Shown: piece after piece, positions 27,850 to 42,040 of the stretch
Layout of the letters: the number at the start of each line of letters is the position of its first letter
How positions within the stretch are numbered: the stretch's first letter is position 1
Assembly: GCA_951406725.2 (NCBI GenBank)
Contig: OX597835.1
Coordinates: 7,750,001 to 7,814,000 of the forward strand
Origin: Octopus vulgaris
Taxonomy: Eukaryota
Length of the DNA stretch: 64,000 bases
Reading direction: 5' to 3'
Program-made: the position numbers and the translations under genes
Notes under the pieces: generated by a model
Seen by the model: only the letters and a program-made list of their open reading frames with translations
Told to the model about the DNA's origin: nothing
Databases searched by the model: none

Positions 27850-27863
27850 GTTGCCATAGCAAT
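27850..27863. promoter_or_regulatory. X-box (RFX)-like motif GTTGCCATAGCAAT
   Basis: 13 of 14 bases match GTTGCCATAGCAAC; ATTGG (reverse CCAAT) lies about 35 nt away. No transcript evidence. Confidence 0.3.
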
Positions 27864-28444
27864 TGTTTTTATAAGATTGTTGTTTTTGAGATTGATTGGT
27901 GCTAAACAATTAGAAGCAACGTAATACTCATCTCAATATGGATATTCTATGAGGGAAAGGAGAATTTGTGACGAATCAGAGTTGTATTGAAAGACGGTAA
28001 ATTGCCGTCTCCCTTCTCATCCGTTGTTCTACTGATTTTCCCACTCTAACGTACAAATAGATACCCATCGGTTTCGGTGATGAGTATACAGTTGTTCAGT
28101 AAATTGAATTCCCTGTTCAATGAATGTAAGAGGTGGAGCATTACACCGACAAGTGTAACCTTAAAATATTTCTCATGCGGAATCAAAACGACTCTACTGT
28201 AATTTGTAGGTCTAATACATATAAAGGACTTTCATACAATTTCCACTTATCTACTTTCTCTTACAAGCCTTGGATTGACCAAAGACGATTGCCCTTGCAA
28301 GAAGCGTGACATTCTTGTTCGGCTAAACGTCTTCTGCGATTGTGAAACAAACTTCTCACCCATTAGACCATGCTGAAGCTGCTATTCTAACTTACACCTT
28401 TATAACCAATAACTTGATAACAAACTTTTAAGTCGATTGTGTGA

Positions 28445-28784
28445 TGGATGGAAGCTTGCTCGTGAAATTAACGTGTTAGTGGCCGAGCACTCCACAGACA
28501 CACGTACCCTTAACGTAGTTCTCGGGGATATTCAGCGTGACACAGAGAGTGACAAGGCCGGCCCTTTGAAATACAGGTACAACAGAAACAGAAACAGGAA
28601 GTAAGAGTGAGAGAAAGTTGTGGTGAAAGAGTACAGCAGGGATCACCACCATCCCCTGCCGGAGCCTCGTGGAGCTTTAGGTGTTTTCGCTCAATAAACA
28701 ATCACAACGTCGGGTCTGTGAATCGAAACCGCGATCCTATGACCGCGAGTCCGCTGCCCTAACCACTGGGCCATTGCGCCTCCA
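28445..28784 (-). mobile_element. SINE family A with a deletion near the 3' end, 11-bp TSD
   Basis: TSD attgtgtgatg at 28436-28446 and 28789-28799. Confidence 0.88.
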
Positions 28785-28887
28785 CATTATTGTGTGATGA
28801 ATGAATAACCGAAAAGAAAAACGAATGCTGTTCGAATTTTGTCTCCCGCATTTCTTTATGCTTATAACAAAGGCACATAACACTTAC

Positions 28888-29056
28888 TGGTTTGGTCAAG
28901 TTGGATCTTGAATCTGATGCTCACAAGTATGGTGTATGGAATTGGTATATCATCTGCTTGATGATCTCTGCATGAAATGTCTGCGATCGCTGGTGTAGTC
29001 GATTTCTCTCCGTGATAGTACGTAGATTCCCTGGTTTGAGTTGCATGAACCGACAA
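28888..29056 (-). other. Putative spliced exon (169 nt) of an unidentified transcript
   Basis: Strong acceptor ttttacttatttgcag| and donor |gtaagt; one open frame (LSVHATQTRESTYYHGEK...IQLDQT) with no recognised homology. Confidence 0.35.
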
Positions 29057-30121
29057 CTGCAAATAAGTAAAATGGCTGACTCCTGGATAAAAGAAGTTAT
29101 ATATAAAGTTGTTTTGTAGAAGCGTGATTTCGTTTTCTTTAAGTAGCACTTCTTCCTATAGGGAGAAGTTAATAATGAAAGGCAAGTGTCTTATCCGAGC
29201 GGAAGTGAAAAGATTAATTTCTCATTTGCAAAAAATAAGTGGAGATACACATTATCCTCAGAGATCTCTGTGGTTTGGAAAATATGTTAACAAAGAAATG
29301 TAAAACACACAACACTTGTAATTTATAACATTACTTGTAGAATATCTTTTGCAAATTGCACACGCTGCAGGGATTCTTTACATTGCGTTCACGTTTCATG
29401 TTTAATGTTGAAGAAATTCCTAATTAAGTCTATTTGACTAATGCTCAATAAAGTAATTAGCAATATCGACCGCCAGCAATTCTCTTGCATTCGATTTCTT
29501 CGAGGGTATAACTTTTAAACAGGTACTCTCTGCTTCTTGATTGTATTCTTTATACAACTCCATCACGATAGCAAAGTCTTCTATTGCACCAAATTACGTT
29601 CAGAATTCGACATGTGTGTGTGTGCGCGTGCTTAATGTGAATTGCAGTCTCAGGCTAAAAGACAGAATGTGTCAACCAATCCAGAAATCGAAACCTCAAC
29701 CTTAAGATCTGGAGCCCAACATCCTAATTGCGAGAATATGCACTTTCACCGTTGACTCATTGCACGAAGCTTATCATTTCACTTTGCTAACATCTACACA
29801 ATTGAATTTGAGCACCAGCTAAGAGCTGGCGCAACCTTCTCTCTCTCCAACACACTGGATGCTGTACTGGTGGAAGTTTGGAATAAACGACGTGTGTGTC
29901 CGACTCTGCTAGTAACTATAATAGGGGCACTTAAGTAGTGTAATCACTAGTTTATAATGGACACAGGTTCGTGTGTCGTGTGTCAGCTTTCGTCCTATAT
30001 TTATCGACTGCCATATTAGCTTGGCGATAACTATTAATATCCAGTACCGCTGCCGTTGTCTCCTTTAGAGAGGCTTAGAAATAGCAATATTTCCATTTTG
30101 GGAAATAATTCTATTCTGCAG

Positions 30122-30293
30122 GAAGGGCAGCTGGCAGAATCGTTAGCTCGCCGGGCAAAATGCTTAGCAGTATTTCGTCCGTCAGAGTTCAAATTCTGCC
30201 GAAGCCGACTTTACCTTTTATCCTTTCACAGCCGAACTCACAACCTCACGATCGTAAGCTCGACGCTCTAACCACTGAGCCATGCGCCTTCAC
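30122..30293. mobile_element. Family C SINE 5' fragment (+) fused to a family D tRNA head (-)
   Basis: GCTGGCAGAATCGTTAGC...CCTTT then ...CTAACCACTGAGCCATGCGCCTTC. Confidence 0.65.
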
Positions 30294-30315
30294 AACAGGC
30301 ATAGTAGTAGTAATA

Positions 30316-30360
<45 letters not shown>

Positions 30361-30381
30361 CAGCAGCAGCAGCAGCAGCAG

Positions 30382-30414
<33 letters not shown>

Positions 30415-30418
30415 GAGC

Positions 30419-30473
<55 letters not shown>

Positions 30474-31097
30474 AGGATAGTTGTGATTATTTAACTTGAA
30501 GTAAATCCTTAGCGATCAGACCCTATGATCAACGTCGTTGTACCGGTGACCGTTGAATTTCGTTACAGCTGCACAGATCTACATTTGCCAATGTGTACTT
30601 TTGCTTATGTTGCTCAACAGGAATTGAACTTTGAGGCAAATTTGGCTGCTGTATTTAGCAGCCTATCGATCACAGTGGCTGGTACTATAGCAATGGTGGC
30701 AGTGTCTGTTGTGTTTGATGACGTCAAACGGAGTCTAATGATTCTGTTGGTATTTCTGATGTAAGTAATTGCAATAATGAAGGTGTGTTTTAATGGATGT
30801 CGTAGGCGATGGTGGTGGAGGTGGTGGTGGAGGAAGGATAGTTTGGTTGTCGGTAATGTAAATATAATAGCCATTCTTTTGCAATTTTTCCCTTCTTTTA
30901 CAGAAGCCTTTTATCTGGGAGTTATTGACAATTCTCTCCCCCGTCGTTCACTTTCTTCTCATCTGCTTTTCCTGTTTCAATATTTATTTAAATATGTCTG
31001 TTTGAAGACATTTTCATTCTTGTGTATATATGCATATACACACGCACACACGCACAACACACACACATATATATACATATATATACATACAAACACG

Positions 31098-31151
<54 letters not shown>

Positions 31152-31256
31152 CACGCACACACACACACATTATATATATATATATATATATGTAATGTAT
31201 ATGTATATGTATGTATACATGTTTACATACGTATATATATACATACACACATCCAT

Positions 31257-31323
<67 letters not shown>

Positions 31324-31328
31324 ATATC

Positions 31329-31387
<59 letters not shown>

Positions 31388-31721
31388 ATATGTATGTATG
31401 TGTGTTTGTGTATATATATACGTGTGTGTGCGTTTTTATGTTTGTAAAGTGAAAGCTTTAAACAAGTCGCTAAAGAATAATGAGAAATTCCTTTATGTAA
31501 ATTAATGTAAATTATCTCCATTTTCTTCAGACGTTAAGGACGTAAAGACTGAAGGAAGCACAACACAAAATATAGACAGTATTCTCTGTCAGTTACCCTC
31601 TTATTCAACTCTCTCTCTCTCTCTCTCTCTCTATCGCATTCTCTCTTTACCTCAGTCAGTCTGTCTGTCTGTCTTAGTCACACACACACATACATAACAT
31701 ATTTTTATGTATATATACCCA

Positions 31722-32106
31722 CTAGCAGTATCGCCCGGCGTTGCTCGGGTTTGTAAGGGGAATAACTATAAAGCATTTTTAGAGAGTTATAGCCAAAAAA
31801 TAGGAAAAAATGGGAAAAAAAATTATGGTAAAATTTTTTTTGATAGTTAAAAAGGTCGAGTTGCGTCCCCTAGACCATCTGTGGTTTGTGTTTTTGATTG
31901 TTGACTCCATGTCGAATTTATCGATCTTTTTCAGAACTGAGGGAACTTTTCAAAATTTTCGCTGCGTTAGTTTTGAATTATGACATTGGGCTATGTGTGT
32001 GTCAAGTTTCATCAGAATCGGTTGAAAGCCGTGGTCAGGGTGAGGGTACAACCTAACAGACACACAGAAACACACACAGACAAACTGCCGTTTATATAGA
32101 GAGAGA
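31722..32106 (-). mobile_element. Non-autonomous Helitron
   Basis: - strand starts a|TC and ends with the hairpin CCCGAGCAACGCCGGG followed by CTAG|t; AT target, no TSD. The 3' end is shared with 63419-63799. Confidence 0.8.
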
Positions 32107-32279
32107 TTATAGACACTCCCATATTTCCTCTATTGATATCTACACCAGATATTTTGTTTTTACTTCACGCAGTGGATTAGCAATTTGCTTTCAGATTTCC
32201 TCTTTCTGACATTGCAATATCCATGCCAAAGCATTTTGTGCTTACCTTTCCGGTTCGTGAAATCGCTGTTCTGGTGTCC

Positions 32280-32665
32280 GGAGGCGCAATGGCCCAGTGG
32301 TTAGGGCAGCGGACTCGCGGTCATAGGATCGCGGTTTCGATTCCCAGACCGAACGTTGTGAGTGTTTATTGAGCGAAAACACCTAAAAGCTCCACGAGGC
32401 TCCGGCAGGGGATGGTGGTGATCCCTGCTGTACTCTTTCACCACACCTTTCTCTCACTCTTACTTCCTGTTTCTGTTGTACCTGTATATCAAGGGGCCGG
32501 CCTTGTCACTCTCTGTGTCACGCTGAATATCCCCGAGAACTACGTTAAGGGTATACGTGTCTGTGGAGTGCTCAGCCACTTACACGTTTTAATTTCACGA
32601 GCAGGCTGTTCCGTTGATTCGGATCAACAGTAACCCTCGTCGTCGTAACCGACGGAGTGCTTCCA
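32280..32665 (+). mobile_element. SINE family A, full length, 12-bp TSD
   Basis: TSD gttctggtgtcc at 32268-32279 and 32666-32677. Confidence 0.9.
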
Positions 32666-33129
32666 GTTCTGGTGTCCTTTCAATGTCCAGTCCTAATCGA
32701 ATAAGAATCAATGATCCAATTATACACGCATGACATTCTATGGCTTCTAACGCTGCATCTTGTCACCCTGACACGATTTCCAAGGTCTTTATTTTGATAT
32801 CTTTCTTTCATAAATCGACTCCGCATTGCCTTCCCAAAGTACTTACCGTCAATCAACTTGTAAATGTAAATCTGTTGATAAATATAAATTACACAACTGG
32901 AAACAAGCACTCGACACGAGACGGTTTATCTGTACAGGTTTGCTCAACGATTGTTGTGATGCAGACAAATTTTTCTGCCTAAAAAAAAAAAAAAGGATTT
33001 TATCCTTTATATATATACTGTCCAGTATATATGCGTTGAATAAAATTTATCTTTCTACTTGTTCTACAATACATTTCAACGCTTCGAATGGCGTAATATT
33101 TTAATTGTTTTTAGGCAGTATTTCCTCAT

Positions 33130-33290
33130 TATTATTCATCATCATTGTTCGACCGTGGTCGAGACAATGGAATTTACCATGCTACGCCAGACTTCACGGT
33201 CCATCATGGCATTACGGAGGTCCTGTTGCTGGATGCCTGTATTCCTGGAGATTACATCAGGGTAGGAGAGTGTGCGCCCTCTGGTATTGC
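33130..33290 (-). mobile_element. Short 3' end of the RTE-group LINE seen at 6465-6763
   Basis: Near-identical reverse complement of about 6600-6760. Confidence 0.8.
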
Positions 33291-33894
33291 ATCGATCCAT
33301 TCATTATATATTTTACCCCCTTCTTCTCTGTTTTTGTTTTTGTGTGGGGGAAGCTGTATTACTAAATAGTGCCAGATCCTATCTATAACTCAGATCTACC
33401 CATAACGAAATAACCCTTCCTAAATCCTGTTTTAGTGCATTTTGATATGATAATATACTAACCGGTTGCCTTCCTCCGATGGAGTCCGGTAACGTTTATC
33501 TATCGCTTGTTTACTTTTCCACTAATTGCTTCGTCCATTACTTTTCTCGTTCAGACAATTACTAGTTAATTTGATTATATCTCAGATATATTCATATAAA
33601 ACACTATATCCATATCCGTAAGTGCTTTTCATCGCCCATTCATTAGTAAGACCCCTTAGACTATTCATTCCTTAAATATTTTCATTTTTGTTTTTACTTG
33701 TCTTGTAATTTATTGAGAGTTTTAACGGATCTGAACAACGCCAGTGTTCCCAAATATTAGCTGACCAATTAAGTTGTAGGATTAACTTTGACCTCACCCT
33801 ACTACCCATAGGGGTATTGAGATTAGGTTTCTGTTTATAAGTATCAAATAATAACACCGCACTAAGGTTTTTTTTTCTTTCATTGATATATTGA

Positions 33895-34197
33895 TGTTTA
33901 TTGAGCGAAAACACCTAAAAGCTCCATGAGGCTCCGGCAGAGTATGGTGGTGATCCCTGCTGTACTCTTTCACCACAACTTTCTCTCACTCTTACTTCCT
34001 GTTTCTGTTGTACCTGTATTTCAAAGGGCCGGCCTTGTCACTCTCTGTGTCACGCTGAATATCCCCGAGAATTACGTTAAGGGTACACGTGTCTGTGGAA
34101 TGCTCAGCCACTTACACGTTAATTTCACGAGCAGGCTATTCCATTGATCGAATCAACCGGAACCCTCATCGTCGTAACCGACGGAGTGCTTCCATCC
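33895..34197 (+). mobile_element. SINE family A, 5'-truncated, TSD of about 10 bp
   Basis: TSD atattgatgt at 33888-33897 and 34198-34207. Confidence 0.88.
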
Positions 34198-34514
34198 ATA
34201 TTGATGTATTGAATTTCCTCAAACAGGTTCAATTTAAGCTAATTCTGTTAATTCCTTTTATAATGCTCTATTAAATAGCAGTTAGCCTCTAACTTCTGAC
34301 CCTTGTCACATGGACCATACCTTTAAACTCACTACACAACGTCTTACCCTCGCTATAATTACCCCCCAGTATAATTGAAACACGATTTAACCCTCACAGC
34401 CTGCTGAAATTTCTCTTTGAACTTGCCATGACTGCTCCTCTTTTCTCTGCAAGCCAGAAAACTTAGTGTTTTTCAGTTAGTTTCCACAAGTACCACTACT
34501 CACTTACAGATGGT

Positions 34515-34622
34515 TCCACATTCTTTTACATACTAATTTTGTCCACATTCTTTTACATACTAATTTTGTCCACATTCTTTTACATACTAATTTTGTCCAC
34601 ATTCTTTTACATACTAATTTTG
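34515..34622. repeat. Minisatellite, 4 x 27 bp (tccacattcttttacatactaattttg)
   Basis: Four identical units counted. Confidence 0.92.
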
Positions 34623-34731
34623 TCTGCACAGAGCAACAGATATCACTGCCACAGAGCAGGTTTATTTTGCAGCGTATTAATCCGCAAAAGGTTTATTCCA
34701 TTCAGCATTTTACTTGGTAAGAATCCTCTTT

Positions 34732-36236
<1,505 letters not shown>

Positions 36237-36333
36237 CTTGTCCTTCCAAGATTAGCATTCAAATCTAATTCTGAAAATTTAAAATTGTCCTACTTTGTGA
36301 GAAAATAATATTAATGGTGGAATACTAGAATAT

Positions 36334-36667
36334 GAAGGCGCATGGCTCAGTGGTTAGAGCGTCGAGCTTACGATCGTGAGGTTATGAGCTCGAATCCCGG
36401 ACCGGGCTGCGTGTTGTGTTCTTGAGCAAGGCACTTTATTTCACGTTGCTCCAGTTCACTCAGCTGTAGAAATGAGCTGCGACGTCACTGGTGCCAAGCT
36501 GTATCGACCTTTGTCTTTCCCTTGGATAACACTGGTGGCGTGAAGAGGGGAGGCTGGTATGCATGGGCGACTGCTGGTCTTCCATAAACAACCTTGCCCG
36601 GACTTGTGTCTAGGAGGGTAACTTTCTAGGTGCAATCCCATGGTCATTCATGACTGAAGGGGGTCTT
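36334..36667 (+). mobile_element. SINE family D, full length, 11-bp TSD
   Basis: tRNA-like head GGCGCATGGCTCAGTGGTTAGAGCG...CTCGAATCCC; TSD tactagaatat at 36323-36333 and 36668-36678. Confidence 0.88.
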
Positions 36668-37258
36668 TACTAGAATATTGAGAAAAGAATTGTTTCATTT
36701 CCATCTCTTCAAACGTTATTTCTGGTTAAGTAGTGGAATTGATGAAATCTACAATAAGCCTCAACTAAAATATGGAGTCTTGTAGTCTATGTGCCTCTAA
36801 GAAATAATTGCTTAGAATAAATACTGGTTCGTTTGCTATCTCCTCGCTTGGTAATATGACCGCCGCGGATTTCAGCTACGTTTAACACTTATAGTGCTAT
36901 TAGACTTGATTTCTTCGTACAGAACTTAGTATGTCCCTGTGTTTTTACTGGCTTCGGTTATTGGTTTGTGACCAAGCTGAAATGAGAACTAACGATGATC
37001 GTATCGACAGCTGTACTTCTTTCAACCTGGTTTTTATTGCAAAAAGAAAAAAAAAGAAAATACAGAGAAAAGAGATAAAACAGCTATCACGTGCAAGCAG
37101 GTATCGCCTGGTAACTTGTGTCACACATTTGAGATGTCTACGGTGTCGCGAGCAGATATAGATACGTTCTCGGAGGAATCAGCAGTAAACATTGGCCCTG
37201 TGAATTAGGCTCAGTGATGGTTGTAATGTAAGGATAAATGGTACATACTAGCCTGGAA

Positions 37259-37492
37259 GGCGGCGAGCTGGCAGAAACGTTAGCACGCCGGGCGAAATGC
37301 GTAGCCGTATTTCGTCTGCCGTAACGTTCTGGCTTCAAATTCCGCCGAGGTTGTCTTTGCCTTTCATCCTTTCGGGGTCGATAAATTAAGTATCAGTTAC
37401 GCACTGGGGTCGATATAATCGACTTAATCCGTTTGTCTGTCCTTGTTTGTCCCCTCTGTGTGTAGCCCCCTTGTGGGTAGTAAGAAAATAGG
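37259..37492 (+). mobile_element. SINE family C monomer with a TSD of about 16 bp
   Basis: gtacat(a/g)ctagcctgg on both sides. Confidence 0.85.
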
Positions 37493-37642
37493 TACATGCT
37501 AGCCTGGCACATTTCAAAGCACTATGCTGTTTCTAGCGAGGAGCTTGCCCAGATTCCTAGATATCGTGCAAGCAAGAAGTGTTGCAAGGAAGAATCGGGT
37601 CGATCGTAGGATAGGATTTTAATGTTACGGAGGTACGGAGGA

Positions 37643-37673
37643 GTGTGTGTGTTTGTGTGTGTGTGTTTGTGTG

Positions 37674-37707
<34 letters not shown>

Positions 37708-37993
37708 TGTGTGCGTGCTCGTGTGTGTGTGTTCGTGCTCGTGTGTGTGTGTGTTTGTGTGTGTACGCGTGCTCGTGTGTGTGTGTGTGTGTGTGCGTGC
37801 TCGTGTGTGTGTGTGTGTGTTTGCGTGATCGTGTGTGTGTGTGCGTGCTCGTGTGTGTGTGAGAGTGTGTGTGTGTTTGTGTGTGCGTGCGCATGTCGTG
37901 TGTGTGTGTGTGCGTGCTCGTGTGTGTGTGAGAGTGTGTGTGTGTTTGTGTGTGCGTGCGCATGTCGTGTGTGTGTGTGTGCGTGCTCGTGTG

Positions 37994-38025
<32 letters not shown>

Positions 38026-38068
38026 CTCGTGTGTGTGCTCGTGTGTGTGTGTGTGTGTGCTCGTGTGC
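37643..38068. repeat. Degenerate (TG)n / GTGCTCGTGT compound repeat
   Basis: Simple repeat with a higher-order duplication. Confidence 0.9.
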
Positions 38069-38380
38069 GAATACACACACTCATCCGTAACTCTCAAGCT
38101 CTTCTTTGCCTCTGCTACAAATTGACGATTAAAATAAAACATTTTTTTTTGGTCGATTTATTCTTTAAAAAACAAGACAAGCAAATCTACAATGATTAAT
38201 GGTCTTACTTACTGGGGTTCCAGGTGACATTCAAGTCGAGAAGACTTGCCTATTCGCAATTATTTTTCTCAATCTCACGTCATCAATCTCAATATATTTT
38301 CATTACTGTTTAAAATTTCATGCCTTTCATTATTTATACGGGAGCTGCTGCTTCATTATCCTCCCCCTTCCTCCTCCCCC

Positions 38381-38462
38381 CATCGCCATCACCATCGCCA
38401 TCATCATCATCATTATCGTCATCACCATCGTCATCACAACCATCATCATCATCATCATCGTC

Positions 38463-38537
<75 letters not shown>

Positions 38538-38568
38538 ATCATCATCATCATCATCGTCGTCGTCGTCG

Positions 38569-38620
<52 letters not shown>

Positions 38621-38856
38621 CATCGTCGTCGTCGTCGTCATCACCATCATCATCATCATCATCATCATCGACATCATCGTCATCATCACCATCATCATCA
38701 CCATCATCATCATCATCATCGTCATCATCATCATCATCATCATCATCACCATCATCATCATCGTCGTCGTCGTCGTCATCACTATCATCATCATCATCAT
38801 CATCGACATCATCGTCATCATCACCATCGTCATCGTCATCATCATCATCATCATCG
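38381..38856. repeat. (CAT/CGT)n microsatellite
   Basis: Simple repeat visible in the sequence. Confidence 0.95.
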
Positions 38857-39281
38857 TGGCGTTGTAGCCGTCATCGTTATAATCAGTTGCAGCGCCAATA
38901 TATTCCCATTTCATTTTTTTACTTCTGAAACGACATCAGTTGAATGCCGAACAAAATGTCGTCCTTTTTGTTTTTTTTTTATTAAATTTAATTTTGTCCA
39001 TTTGTATTTTGTTTTCAAATAATTTTAAAGTTTGACTTTGCTTTTCATCTTCCCGGCGTCGATTAAACTAAATATTGAATAACTTAACTGCTTCTGAATG
39101 TTGTGGCGTTGTGTCTAAATCATTTTCTTTTTGATGTTGTTGATATTGTTAATATAGAGTAGATGGTTAATTTTCTGGTCAACGATCTTACGCCTCTCTT
39201 AGCATTATTCACTTGCGTGGACACGGGGAACAGAGTGACACAGAAAATTAACGATGATAATGAGTCACCTTGAAAAATACC

Positions 39282-39700
39282 TATTTCTTTATTACCCACA
39301 AGGGGCTAAACCCACAGAAGGGACAAACAAGGATATACAAAGGTATTAAGTCGATTACATCGACCCCAGTGCGTAACTGGTACTTAATTTATCGACCCCG
39401 AGAGGATGAAAGGTAAAGTCGACCTCGGCGGAATTTGAACTCAGAACGTAACGACAGACGAAATACCTATTTCTTTATTACCCACAAGGGGCTAAACACA
39501 GAGGGGACAAACAAGGACAGACATAGGTATTAAGTCGATTACATCGACCCCAGTGCGTAACTGGTACTTAATTTATCGACCCCGAGAGGATGAAAGGTAA
39601 AGTCGACCTCGGCGGAATTTGAACTCAGAACGTAACGACAGACGAAATACCGCGAAGCATTTCGCCCGGCGCGCTAACGTTTCTGCCAGCTCACCGCCTT
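39282..39700 (-). mobile_element. SINE family C head-to-tail dimer with one 18-bp TSD
   Basis: TSD gtcaccttgaaaaatacc at 39264-39281 and 39704-39721. Confidence 0.88.
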
Positions 39701-39724
39701 TTCGTCACCTTGAAAAATACCACA

Positions 39725-40250
39725 AGGCGATATTGATGATTGGTGAGGTGGTATATCCTTCTTTAAAATGAGGATGGTTCTCCACGAATTCCTGATCCCT
39801 TTTAAAAAGTTCACAATTGTTGGAGCTATCTTGTAAATTTCCAGGACCTTGATGATCTATGCATAGGGGACACCGTAAAAAAACCTTCTGTAAGCCACTT
39901 TGGGGCTTTCGCATCTCTTATATTCCTTCTGTGTTAGGGGCAGAATATGCCATACAGTTTCCCCATTTTGTCCTCAAATTCTGCACTTATCACTTTCCAA
40001 TGTGTTGTCTATTCTGTATTTTATGTAATTTGTTCTTAGTGCTTGCTCTTGGGCAGCACGGATTAGAGCCTCCGTTTCCGGTTTTAAATCACTTTTAATC
40101 ATCCACAGCGATCTTTTTTCTCTGTCTGTCACATCTTCAACACCCCTATGAAATTGTCCATGAATTACCCACCTATTTTCAGTTTCATTCGTTTTCAATT
40201 GCTTGTACAGTGCTTTATCTTTGCAATCTTTCATTCTACACAAGCCTGAC
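39725..40250 (-). mobile_element. Decayed fragment of a second Dong/R4-like element
   Basis: IHGQFHR...SLWMIKSDLKPETEALIRAAQEQALRTNYIKYRID....KCRI*GQNGETVWHI, homologous to the 13974 ORF. Confidence 0.8.
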
Positions 40251-40309
40251 CTTACTTCTAATAATAGTGACCTTACTTCTAATAATAGCGACTTTACTTC
40301 TAATAATAG
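40247..40309. repeat. 3 x 21-bp tandem repeat (tgaccttacttctaataatag) at the 5' truncation point of the LINE
   Basis: Direct count of units. Confidence 0.8.
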
Positions 40310-40595
40310 AGAGAAAGTGTTTTCTAAAAAACACGACAAACATCAAGATATAAACTCATGTTTTGCATGTGGTGATATGCGTCGGAGGAAAAATTGTTCA
40401 TTTAAATAAGTGGAGCTTTTTCGCTGTGGAAATTATAGGACATATAAGGTCGCACTGTAGAACGAAGAAGATAAAACGTCAGATAAAAGGTAAAATAATA
40501 AATAGTTTGTCATCGACCAAAAAAGGGTAATACAAGGAACAGAAAATTCGTACATGTTAAAATTAAAAATACAAATGTAAAATTGAAGTTCGACA

Positions 40596-40878
40596 CAGGT
40601 AGTTGCTGTGTGGTAAGTAGCTTGCTAACCAACCACATGGTTGCGGGTTTAGTCCCACTGCGTGGCATCTTGGGCAAGTGTCTTCTGCTATAGCCCCGGG
40701 CCGACCAATGCCTTGTGAGTGGATTTGGTAGACGGAACTGGTAATTAATTTATCGACCCCGAAAGGATGAAAGGAAAAGTCGACCTCGGCGGAATTTGAA
40801 CTCAGAACGTAACCGCAGACGAAATACCGCTAAGCATTTCGCCCGGCGTGCTAACAATTCTGCCAGCTCACCGCCTTT
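40596..40878. mobile_element. Family B 5' half (+) fused tail-to-tail with a family C 5' half (-)
   Basis: Junction at GACGGAACTGGTAATT (about 40731-40746). Confidence 0.75.
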
Positions 40879-41637
40879 ACTGTTCGATACCTGTTCGATC
40901 ATGTTTTACGACAGGCTAAATATCAACAACAAGAATAACACCAATACTAGTGCCAACTGAGTAGAAAGGACTCTATGTCGATAAACGGCGTCAGCCATGC
41001 CTCATACCCGCTTTGTGTACGGTTAAGTTTGCTTTGTGTTTATCTTTTTGTTGATATTCTGGAGATGGTAAATAGCAGGGTAGGTAAACTGATTGCTTAG
41101 AAATTTCTTGAATTAAAACCTGCTGCAGGACTAATCTATTTTGCGTTGCCTGATCCCCACGCAACTGCTGCGTTGAAAATATGCATTATATGCTAACTTG
41201 AATTTGTTTGCCATTTTCTAATCCCTTCAATCATTTTAGCTGTGGAGTTTATGGATTATTTATGAAGAACCACGTACTGTTTGGTTAGGGATTGACTGAT
41301 AAACTCTACTTACGAAGCTCTGGCTCAACGCGCATTTATGCTGAGCGCCAAATAAAGACAATGAATGCACAATAACTCATGAAACATAAAACATTTTTAT
41401 AAAGGAAACCCTTGTGGGGTTCTAGGAAGAAAGGTATTTAAGGGAGAATAATCATCAATGCAAACACACAATTCATGCCTGATCCCCTCGTTTCTCTATG
41501 TATTGGCATACCTCATATTGCTTTTAATCAATGTTAATCCTTGAAAATACGCCCTTTATTTAGCACACAGGTGTTGCTGAGCAACTGATATGTAAGTGCG
41601 TGAACAATACGGGAATATAACCACACACACACACACG

Positions 41638-41728
<91 letters not shown>

Positions 41729-41808
41729 CTACTCCGTCACTGCTTTCCAGTATACGGCTTCATAGTTAAGAATTTCGCACTGCTATCATGAAGTCCTGCG
41801 TTCGATCC

Positions 41809-42040
41809 TATTTCTTTATTACCCTCAAGGGGCTAAACATAGAGGAGACAAACAAGGACAGACATGGGTATTAAGTCGATTATATCGACCCCAGTGCGTA
41901 GCTGGTACTTAATTTATCAACCCCGAAATGATGGAAGGCAAAGTCGACCTCGGCGGAATTTGAACTCACAACGTAACGACAGACGAAATACGGCTACGCA
42001 TTTCGCCCGGCGTGCTAACGTTTCTGCCAGCTCACCGCCT
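41809..42040 (-). mobile_element. SINE family C monomer with a 10-bp TSD, nested in an older tRNA-like SINE head
   Basis: TSD ttcgatccta at 41801-41810 and 42040-42049. Confidence 0.85.

Noticed and set aside
36334-36405. tRNA genes at SINE 5' ends (also 7404, 32280 and others)
   Set aside because: A/B boxes are present but there is no complete cloverleaf; the sequence continues into a SINE body and has TSDs.
38199-39022. His-rich, Ser-rich and Met-rich ORFs
   Set aside because: They are the alternative frames of a (CAT)n microsatellite.
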